IMG/VR virus record: IMGVR_UViG_3300035670_009774
Span: 1-57,558 of that record
DNA length: 57,558 nt
Strand: one strand, 5' to 3'
Origin: a virus
Taxonomy: Duplodnaviria; Caudoviricetes
Shown: piece after piece, positions 51,072-57,558 of the stretch
Layout: each line of letters begins with the position of its first letter
How positions within the stretch are numbered: the first letter of the stretch is position 1
The notes under the pieces: model-generated
The model's input: the letters and a program-made list of their open reading frames with translations, nothing else
Database searches by the model: none
Told to the model about the DNA's origin: nothing
Translations under genes and position numbers: made by a program

Positions 51072-51284
51072 ATGAGATTATCAATAGATGAACAAACAGA
51101 ACACCTACTCAGGAAAATGACTGTTGATATGCAAATGGATTTTTGGCAATCTCAACAATGTGCTATTGCTGCTTGTGATGAAATTATAGACGAAATTAGA
51201 TATATAGCAGATGAGGAAATAGTAATTCCAACTATTATTTATTGGGAAAAAGTAAAACATAAACTAGAAAATTATAAAAAATGA
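51072..51284 (+). CDS. Hypothetical protein (CAI...DEI...YW.KVK family)
   Basis: ORF track. Confidence 0.6.
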   Translation: MRLSIDEQTEHLLRKMTVDMQMDFWQSQQCAIAACDEIIDEIRYIADEEIVIPTIIYWEKVKHKLENYKK

Positions 51285-51529
51285 CAGAACAAACATTTAT
51301 TGATTTAGGTTTTGAACGCAATGATGTTCCAATGGTAGAATCAGGTGATGACCATGATTTCTATTATTACACACTTGATATTGGAGATATTTGCTTAATG
51401 TCCTCTTCAGATGATGATGCCGAGAAAAAAGGTTGGAGTGTTACCATTTTTGATTCAGAAACTTGTGAAATTAAAGGTGCAGGTGATTTAGAAGATTTGG
51501 TAAGAATTTTAAAAAATAACATGATATAG
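51281..51529 (+). CDS. Hypothetical protein
   Basis: ORF track. Confidence 0.65.
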   Translation: MTEQTFIDLGFERNDVPMVESGDDHDFYYYTLDIGDICLMSSSDDDAEKKGWSVTIFDSETCEIKGAGDLEDLVRILKNNMI

Positions 51530-51538
51530 TAAAAAAAA

Positions 51539-51570
51539 TTTGGAAGGGCGAAAGCCCTTTCGTATATTTA
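51539..51570 (+). promoter_or_regulatory. Promoter with internal hairpin GGAAGGGC-GAAA-GCCCTTTC
   Basis: TTTG-N20-TATATTTA. Confidence 0.85.
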
Positions 51571-51589
51571 CCATATAAAGATAAAGGTT

Positions 51590-51880
51590 ATGAAAAAAGC
51601 ATTTTCAACACACGTAGCAAAAGACATCAATCACGATGGTTTTCACATGACATTTGATAACGGTACAACTGTTAGTGTAATGTTTGGTAAATACAGTTAT
51701 AGTGATCAAGGCGAAACAACCGCCGAGGTTGCTGTTTGGGATCAAAATGGTGATTGGTATATTCTAAATGAAGATGACAACCATAATAGTTTGATCAAAT
51801 ACCCAGATGGTACTGAGGTAATAGGTCATTGTACTTCAAACATGGTTGCTCACATTATAAACTTAGCTAAAAATCTATAA
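51590..51880 (+). CDS. Hypothetical phage protein
   Basis: FDNGTTVSV...AEVAV. Confidence 0.7.
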   Translation: MKKAFSTHVAKDINHDGFHMTFDNGTTVSVMFGKYSYSDQGETTAEVAVWDQNGDWYILNEDDNHNSLIKYPDGTEVIGHCTSNMVAHIINLAKNL

Positions 51881-51881
51881 T

Positions 51882-52298
51882 ATGAATATTCAAAATTTAA
51901 ATGCAGATGAGTTAAAGCAACTACAATCGTTGCTTAATAAAATGAACCCGAATCCAACTGAAAAGGTGTATCTAGATCCAGTTAATAAAATGATTGATGA
52001 CATTATGGATGAATTTAACTTTGCTAAAGTTCAAAGCGCAATGTATCATTTGGATTGGGAATGGGCTAGTGTTGGTATTCCTACAATTGATGATTTGAGA
52101 AATGAAGCAGAACGATTACTTCGTGGAGCTGCTGAAGCTAGATTAGGTCAATTTAAAGATACACATTGGGAACAAGGTATTATTAATGGTACAGGTGGAT
52201 TTCAAGCAATGGCTTTCTGTAATGAAGATAAAACCAAAATTACAGGATTGGATTTGAAATTTGTGTTAGCTGAGTGGGACGAATCAATTGAAGATTAA
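51882..52298 (+). CDS. Hypothetical protein
   Basis: ORF track. Confidence 0.7.
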   Translation: MNIQNLNADELKQLQSLLNKMNPNPTEKVYLDPVNKMIDDIMDEFNFAKVQSAMYHLDWEWASVGIPTIDDLRNEAERLLRGAAEARLGQFKDTHWEQGIINGTGGFQAMAFCNEDKTKITGLDLKFVLAEWDESIED

Positions 52299-52299
52299 T

Positions 52300-52539
52300 A
52301 TGAGAAACTTTACCATACATAAATTTGAACCAGATAACGAATGGGTTACTATTGAGGTAACAGATATTTTTAATAATCCCCATTTAATGGATGTTAAAAT
52401 GATTGATTTGGGTGCTTATGAAGACGGAGAATTAATCCAAAATGCTTTTCCCTATTTAACTAATGAGCAACGTGAATTAATGTTGACTGGATTAACAGAT
52501 GATGTGTGGGATGAAGTATTTGGTGATGAAGAAGAATAA
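52300..52539 (+). CDS. Hypothetical phage protein (LIQNAFPYL...RELMLTG)
   Basis: ORF track. Confidence 0.7.
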   Translation: MRNFTIHKFEPDNEWVTIEVTDIFNNPHLMDVKMIDLGAYEDGELIQNAFPYLTNEQRELMLTGLTDDVWDEVFGDEEE

Positions 52540-52567
52540 AAATTTCTCAAAAACTTTTGCGAAGATA

Positions 52568-52599
52568 TTTGGAGGGGCGAAAGCCCCTTCATACATTTA
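52568..52599 (+). promoter_or_regulatory. Promoter with internal hairpin GGAGGGGC-GAAA-GCCCCTTC
   Basis: TTTG-N20-TACATTTA. Confidence 0.85.
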
Positions 52600-52630
52600 T
52601 GGGGTAAGATTGATAATTAAAATACAGGTT

Positions 52631-52867
52631 ATGATTTCAAATGTTGATTATTTAGTTCAAAAGTACGCTGAGGCGAGAGAGAAAATGTTAGATGCTGCTA
52701 ATGAGGCAGGTAACAATTATTGGAGAGGTGCAATGGATACCTACCATAATTTATTGTGTACAGCATTTGATGGTTGGGCTGATCGTGGTACAACAGGTTG
52801 GTATGTGTTTTATGAGCAAATGACTTATGATGAAGCACTTAATCAAGTTACAGGAATTTTAAAATAA
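52631..52867 (+). CDS. Hypothetical protein
   Basis: Start moved to AGGTT-ATG behind the promoter. Confidence 0.65.
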   Translation: MISNVDYLVQKYAEAREKMLDAANEAGNNYWRGAMDTYHNLLCTAFDGWADRGTTGWYVFYEQMTYDEALNQVTGILK

Positions 52868-52878
52868 TTGCGAGGAAA

Positions 52879-52910
52879 TTTGGAGAACTGAGATCCGGTT
52901 CGTATATTTA
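52879..52910 (+). promoter_or_regulatory. Promoter TTTG-N20-TATATTTA
   Basis: Repeated motif. Confidence 0.8.
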
Positions 52911-52952
52911 CAGGGTAAGATAAGATAAGAAAAACAATTAAAAATTAAGGTT

Positions 52953-53684
52953 ATGAAAAATGTAGGACAACAATTAGATTTATTTGCAGGTGTTTTATTT
53001 ACTGAAGAGCAAGAGCAAATGATTGCTGATTATAAAGAGCGTTGTGCAAAAAATGCTTTGTATTATAAAAATCAAAATGATAGTCTTGAGCAATTATTGC
53101 TTGATAATGGTTTTGTTAAGGATGTTAACTTTGTAAATAATTTTACAACTAAAACCGAAACTAAAGAAGTATCATTAGGTAGTGATTATAGAAACAATCG
53201 TTTTGAGACAGAAATTACCTATGAAACATATGAAGGTGATCTTCGTCTTAAAGGTTTCTCATTTTATAATGGTAATCTTGAACAAAAACAATTCTCAATT
53301 GGTTTAGAGAGAGGGTTAGTTCAATGTAGTGCTATCCAAGATCAGTATCGTTACATTAAACCAGCTACAATGTTAAATAAATTGATTCAACACAATGCTC
53401 AGCAAGTAGAAAATTATGAATTCTATGTTAAGAAAAATGCATTGAAGATTGAAATCATCAACAAATATAAAGCGTTGTACCCAGATGCAACAGTTGAGAT
53501 GAAACAAGATTGGAGTAAATACAGTGGTTCATTTGATGTGCTTGAGGTGAAATTTAAATCAGGTAGTTACATTCAGTTCCAATTGAACACTTACCAAAAC
53601 AAAGAAGTATTTTACAAAAAGTATGATGCTGAATTGGAAAATATGAGTGTAGAAGAAGTATTAAATAAATTCAACAATCAATAA
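52953..53684 (+). CDS. Hypothetical protein
   Basis: ORF track. Confidence 0.75.
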   Translation: MKNVGQQLDLFAGVLFTEEQEQMIADYKERCAKNALYYKNQNDSLEQLLLDNGFVKDVNFVNNFTTKTETKEVSLGSDYRNNRFETEITYETYEGDLRLKGFSFYNGNLEQKQFSIGLERGLVQCSAIQDQYRYIKPATMLNKLIQHNAQQVENYEFYVKKNALKIEIINKYKALYPDATVEMKQDWSKYSGSFDVLEVKFKSGSYIQFQLNTYQNKEVFYKKYDAELENMSVEEVLNKFNNQ

Positions 53685-53692
53685 TAAAAGTT

Positions 53693-53929
53693 ATGAATAC
53701 TCCAAGTCAAGAAATTTACAACGAAATGAAGTCAATTGCGACATCAATTTGGTCAAGTTATGATAACACTTATGGTTATGTAACGGAAAAACTAAATTAC
53801 ATTAACCGCATTGAAAATATTGAAGATAATGCTATGGTGTTTTATCGAATGTTTGATGATAATAATCAAGAAACATTTAGAACAAATGCATCAAACGAAG
53901 TATTAAATTATATTCAAAATAATAAATAA
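53693..53929 (+). CDS. Hypothetical protein
   Basis: ORF track. Confidence 0.65.
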   Translation: MNTPSQEIYNEMKSIATSIWSSYDNTYGYVTEKLNYINRIENIEDNAMVFYRMFDDNNQETFRTNASNEVLNYIQNNK

Positions 53930-53930
53930 A

Positions 53931-54077
53931 ATGAAAAATACATTAATAATAACAGGTGGAGTAATATTATCAATTGCATTAATATTAACATTACCAAAAT
54001 TTGTTTTAGGGTTAATTGGATGTTGGCAAATAGGTAGTTGGATAGGTGATATTACTATCAGGCTAATCAAAAAATAA
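53931..54077 (+). CDS. Small membrane protein (48 aa)
   Basis: MKNTLIITGGVILSIALIL...; fills gap. Confidence 0.5.
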   Translation: MKNTLIITGGVILSIALILTLPKFVLGLIGCWQIGSWIGDITIRLIKK

Positions 54078-54084
54078 GATAATC

Positions 54085-54225
54085 ATGAAATATATTTTAT
54101 TATTTATTCCGTTTATGTTTATCCATTTAGGTTATTTTATATGGTACTTTAAAAAGTGGGATAAGACATTTAAACAGTATGTTAAAGATATAGATGATTA
54201 TGAACCACCAATGGACTTTCATTAA
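54085..54225 (+). CDS. Small membrane protein (46 aa)
   Basis: MKYILLFIPFMFIHLGYFIW...; fills gap. Confidence 0.5.
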   Translation: MKYILLFIPFMFIHLGYFIWYFKKWDKTFKQYVKDIDDYEPPMDFH

Positions 54226-54304
54226 AAATAAGCAGCAAAGCTTTCGCTACCACACCTCATACAGAAATACGTATATACGATAAAAATACATTTTTACTTA
54301 CGAA

Positions 54305-54580
54305 ATGATAGAATTATTTGAATTAATGGATGATGCATTTGCAGATGAATTAGGTGTTGATCTAGAAACATATGTGGATGTGATTGAAAACAGATGTACA
54401 TTAGAGGAAGCCGATTTCATTATTGATCAATTGTTTAATGATGGAGATATTGATGCAGCAAAGCAAATGTTTAATAGTAAATTAACAAAACAACGTGGTT
54501 GGACAGGTGATGGTAGTCCTACGGGTACTTTAGCATTATCGGGTTCAGTAAGAATAGGTTCATATAAACAAGAAGAATAA
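54305..54580 (+). CDS. Hypothetical protein
   Basis: ORF track. Confidence 0.6.
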   Translation: MIELFELMDDAFADELGVDLETYVDVIENRCTLEEADFIIDQLFNDGDIDAAKQMFNSKLTKQRGWTGDGSPTGTLALSGSVRIGSYKQEE

Positions 54581-54604
54581 TATAAAAATATATTTTTATT
54601 TATG
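54578..54604 (+). repeat. Palindromic leader repeat (copies near 54280 and 55364)
   Basis: TAATATAAAAATAYATTTTTATTTATG, 26/27 identical at 55364-55390. Confidence 0.65.
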
Positions 54605-54814
54605 GAAGATCAAAAAGTAGTAATGGTAGACTATAGTAAATTGAATAACGCATTGGAGATTCTAGATGAATTATCTAAATTATTTGATGATAGGATTTCA
54701 GATTTGTATCAAGTAAAAGGTGGAATGGAAGCGAGACATGCTTTTATGTTTTATAGAGACAGGGTATGGGGTGCAATGCATTTAATACAAAATGTTAAAC
54801 AACAAGAACAATGA
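54602..54814 (+). CDS. Hypothetical protein
   Basis: ORF track. Confidence 0.6.
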   Translation: MEDQKVVMVDYSKLNNALEILDELSKLFDDRISDLYQVKGGMEARHAFMFYRDRVWGAMHLIQNVKQQEQ

Positions 54815-55047
54815 CAGAAGATCAACTAAGAGACGAATTAGACAATTGGGAAAGGGTTCGTTACAGAATGGATGAGGAAGGAATGGAATATTGCTTTAGA
54901 CATTACTCCAGTTTTCCAGAAGTTAAGGATGAAGAATTCCATTTGAAACGAGAAAAACTAGTTGCACTAATGAATGAAATAGAGCAATACGTTGAGGATA
55001 AAATAACAGAAGTAGAAGATAAAATAATTGAATTAGATGAGCAATAA
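54811..55047 (+). CDS. Hypothetical protein
   Basis: ORF track. Confidence 0.65.
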   Translation: MTEDQLRDELDNWERVRYRMDEEGMEYCFRHYSSFPEVKDEEFHLKREKLVALMNEIEQYVEDKITEVEDKIIELDEQ

Positions 55048-55363
55048 GAGATTTATGGAAATAGATCCAATAATGATAAAAGTACCGGAGACACCTAATG
55101 AGTATGCTCGAGTAATAGTACACAGATATTATTATGCATTGCCAAATAATGGTTCACATGATCACGGAATTAATAATTGTGGAGCGCGTTATAAAGAAGC
55201 TATCAAATGTGCTTTAATTGAGGTAGAAAACATTATTGTGGAATTGGAATTCATTATTATTAAAATGATGGAGAAGGGGAATGAATTGGAAGGATACATC
55301 ATGGAGAAAATAAACATGTATGATACAATCCAGAGTGAATTAATTAAAATCCAATCAAAATAA
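55037..55363 (+). CDS. Hypothetical protein
   Basis: ORF track. Confidence 0.6.
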   Translation: MSNKRFMEIDPIMIKVPETPNEYARVIVHRYYYALPNNGSHDHGINNCGARYKEAIKCALIEVENIIVELEFIIIKMMEKGNELEGYIMEKINMYDTIQSELIKIQSK

Positions 55364-55387
55364 TAATATAAAAATACATTTTTATTT

Positions 55388-55942
55388 ATGAAAGATTTAG
55401 ATTGGAATATGTTTACATTTTTGTCTTGGCTAGAACGCAATAAAGAAGCTCACACATTAGATGGATTAATGATGAGTGATGGTTATGGATGGTATAACGA
55501 ACAATGGAAATCTTGGTTGCACAATAGTGATGCCGGTAAACAAATCCTAAACCAAAGCGGAGAAATAACATGGTGGGGAGGCAATACGAGTAATAATCCA
55601 GATGATAAGAATAACGTGACGGGGGAGACAACGATCGAATTTCCAAAACGTCAAGAACAAAATAAACCAAAACCGTATAATCCGAATCGAGCACAACTGG
55701 ATACAATGACGTTTAGATTTTATCAAGAGGCAAATTGTGTAGATGGTGGAGAGAGTGAACAGTTGATTGTTGAGGCAAAATCGTCTCTAGGAATAGATGG
55801 TGACGGGGGAGCATTTTTTGTGTTGAGAACAAAACAATGGGCTTTTGATGATATGAATGATTTTGAGGAGTTTGTATCGTTGTTGAGACGGGTTGAGGCG
55901 GCTGTGAATGCAACTAACCCAACGTCTATACACGTTAAATAA
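55388..55942 (+). CDS. Hypothetical protein
   Basis: ORF track. Confidence 0.65.
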   Translation: MKDLDWNMFTFLSWLERNKEAHTLDGLMMSDGYGWYNEQWKSWLHNSDAGKQILNQSGEITWWGGNTSNNPDDKNNVTGETTIEFPKRQEQNKPKPYNPNRAQLDTMTFRFYQEANCVDGGESEQLIVEAKSSLGIDGDGGAFFVLRTKQWAFDDMNDFEEFVSLLRRVEAAVNATNPTSIHVK

Positions 55943-55964
55943 ACGTTATTAACGTATTAGAAAA

Positions 55965-55990
55965 TAGGGTCGTGGAATGCTACGACCCTA
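55965..55990. terminator. Strong stem-loop, terminator-like
   Basis: TAGGGTCGTGG-AATG-CTACGACCCTA; T-tract only on the minus strand. Confidence 0.55.
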
Positions 55991-56179
55991 AATTCATGTT
56001 TATATAAACGGTATAAAATGTGACAAACAATCCCTATATGGATATAAAAATATTGTGATATTTGTATTGTATGTGAAAAATGGATGACGCGATGGGTAAT
56101 ATAGAAGTGATGGTGGGTTAACCCCTTTTCCCCGCTCCCCCAAGTTTTTTACTAGAGGTAAAAAGTATATATGAACCGC

Positions 56180-56251
56180 AAATTGTTCACAACTCTTCAT
56201 GGTTCAATTTGGATCCCCGAGATGTTCATAAATTGTTCATAACCGTTCATG
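56180..56251. repeat. 22-bp direct repeat and TGTTCATAA boxes
   Basis: AAATTGTTCACAACTCTTCATG (56180) vs AAATTGTTCATAACCGTTCATG (56230). Confidence 0.65.
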
Positions 56252-56269
56252 ACTGTTTTTGCAATAAGG

Positions 56270-56301
56270 GTTGGAGGAGCGAAATCCCGTTCGTACATTT
56301 A
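56270..56301 (+). promoter_or_regulatory. Promoter GTTG-N20-TACATTTA
   Basis: Repeated motif; 56294-56318 is identical to 52592-52616. Confidence 0.8.
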
Positions 56302-56331
56302 TGGGGTAAGATTGATAAGAAAATAAAGGTT

Positions 56332-56907
56332 ATGAAAGCATTAGAAAACATCCAAAACGAAGCCAAGCAGATTGTTGAACAATTAGCTGACCGTCAAATT
56401 AATAACATGAAGGAACGTTACAATCAATTCCAGGAATGGATGAAGATTGAAGGCAATACGCTTTACCATCATTATTACCAAGATAAAATTGACATGTATC
56501 AATCAGCTCACAAATATGTTTACATGACCCAATATAAAAAATATAATAGAGAGTTGGGTACATATGAAGCCCCAGTTGCTTATCCTAGTGATTATAAGGG
56601 TCGTGCTGAGATTAATCACCTTAAGGGTTTGATGTTCCAATTGTTTGAATTGAGATTGCAGATACCTGAAAAATGGGAAAACAGTTACCGTGAGGATTTT
56701 ATTAATCAAAACATGGTTAAATTGAATCGTGCCTTGGTTAAACACCTCAACGATGAAATGACTGCTAAGGATATTAAAGTTAAAGTTGGTGGTGACGGAG
56801 CTGAGGTGTTAGCCGATGTGGATGGTAAATTATTCAAAACATTCGGAACCTTGTGTGGTGGGTATGTTCAGTGTTTACATTACCGTTACAGAAGTTCATT
56901 AAAATAA
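56332..56907 (+). CDS. Hypothetical phage protein (C-terminal GGYVQCLHYR)
   Basis: Start moved to AAAGGTT-ATG. Confidence 0.75.
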   Translation: MKALENIQNEAKQIVEQLADRQINNMKERYNQFQEWMKIEGNTLYHHYYQDKIDMYQSAHKYVYMTQYKKYNRELGTYEAPVAYPSDYKGRAEINHLKGLMFQLFELRLQIPEKWENSYREDFINQNMVKLNRALVKHLNDEMTAKDIKVKVGGDGAEVLADVDGKLFKTFGTLCGGYVQCLHYRYRSSLK

Positions 56908-56918
56908 TTGCCAATAAA

Positions 56919-56950
56919 TTTGGATCCCCGAAAAATTGTTCGTATATTTA
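56919..56950 (+). promoter_or_regulatory. Promoter TTTG-N20-TATATTTA
   Basis: Repeated motif. Confidence 0.8.
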
Positions 56951-56971
56951 CCGTATAAAGAAATTAAGGTT

Positions 56972-57172
56972 ATGAAAAATATAGTATTACATTTATTAGC
57001 ATCAATTGGTTCATTTGGTATTGCCGTTGGTTTGATGCAAGGATTTATTCAACAGTTTATCTCATTTGCTGATCCAATCAACGAAATGGGAATGTGTGTT
57101 CTTATGTTAATGGCTGGAACAGTGTTCATGGGTGTGGTTGTAAGTGAAGTCAAAGAACAATTAAGTAAATAA
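56972..57172 (+). CDS. Small two-TM membrane protein
   Basis: Start moved to AAGGTT-ATG. Confidence 0.65.
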   Translation: MKNIVLHLLASIGSFGIAVGLMQGFIQQFISFADPINEMGMCVLMLMAGTVFMGVVVSEVKEQLSK

Positions 57173-57178
57173 TAATAT

Positions 57179-57251
57179 AGTCAGGTAGCTCAATGGTGAG
57201 CGGGTCCGTAAAAGGAGTTGCCGTATGCAGGTTCGAATCCTGTCCTGACTA
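57179..57251 (+). tRNA. tRNA-like element with non-canonical anticodon arm (isotype undetermined)
   Basis: Acceptor AGTCAGG/CCTGACT, D arm GCTC-AATGGT-GAGC, T arm GCAGG-TTCGAAT-CCTGT. Confidence 0.65.
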
Positions 57252-57329
57252 CAGACGGTCCCAACCCGGAAACATTGAAAGACAAAGTTGGTGACAATTG
57301 GAAAGACAATAATATGGGTCTGCAGGCCC

Positions 57330-57385
57330 GAGGGTTCCAAGGCGGCAGGCAGCCAAAATGGGGGTTCGAGTCCCCCGCCCTCACA
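57330..57385 (+). ncRNA. Truncated tRNA-like element (acceptor stem plus T arm)
   Basis: GAGGGT/GCCCTC, T arm GGGGG-TTCGAGT-CCCCC, only 24 nt in between. Confidence 0.5.
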
Positions 57386-57404
57386 AATTAAAAATTGAAA
57401 TAAC

Positions 57405-57558
57405 ATGAGTGAGGAATTATACAACTTTGCCTACGACAAGGCTATGCAAGTGGGGAAATTACAGGGTGCAATTGGAGCATTGATTAAATATAATAATCCA
57501 GAAATGTCCAATACCGATTTTAAAATATTAGCCCAAACATACATTGAATGCTCCACCG
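57405..57558 (+). CDS. Hypothetical protein, partial (runs off the window)
   Basis: MSEELYNFAYDKAMQVGKLQG... open to the end. Confidence 0.55.
   Translation, partial: MSEELYNFAYDKAMQVGKLQGAIGALIKYNNPEMSNTDFKILAQTYIECST

Noticed and set aside
35277-56950. Repeated TTTGG...TTCGTATATTTA motif as a CRISPR or attC array
   Set aside because: Copies are degenerate, separated by whole genes, and match promoter geometry; no integron integrase seen

Overview
A 57.6-kb, very AT-rich segment of a large tailed dsDNA phage genome (T4-like replisome). Essentially all genes lie on the + strand and use the standard genetic code. The host is probably a Bacteroidota/Flavobacteriia bacterium, inferred from about 20 TTTG-N20-TAnnTTTA promoters, the lack of Shine-Dalgarno motifs, a Flavobacteriia-type Fur-box-like palindrome and a DUF2452-like gene. 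Layout: (i) 1-7.1 kb, a 7-deazaguanine precursor cluster (queD end, queE, folE) interleaved with a thioesterase, a purine PRTase, a DIP1984-like gene followed by a probable structured ncRNA, a MazG-like pyrophosphatase, family B DNA polymerase and sliding clamp; (ii) 7.9-13.5 kb, Hsp20, GroES, GroEL, clamp loader subunits and a DUF1599-like gene; (iii) 13.5-33.2 kb, a large glycan island with GT2/GT4/GT10-like transferases, methyltransferases, Gmd, a ColD-type 3-dehydratase, split TPP-dependent E1 alpha/beta, several SDRs, RmlC and an RfaE-type kinase, consistent with branched-chain deoxysugar synthesis; (iv) 33-57 kb, many small early-type genes behind a repeated promoter cassette that often carries a GCGAAAGC hairpin, plus TraR-like, HNH, SLT, carbamoyltransferase/2OG-oxygenase/FkbM, ThyX, NUDIX and phosphoesterase genes; (v) an origin-like repeat tract and two aberrant tRNA-like elements near the end. 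All functional calls come from motif recognition by eye; no searches were run.
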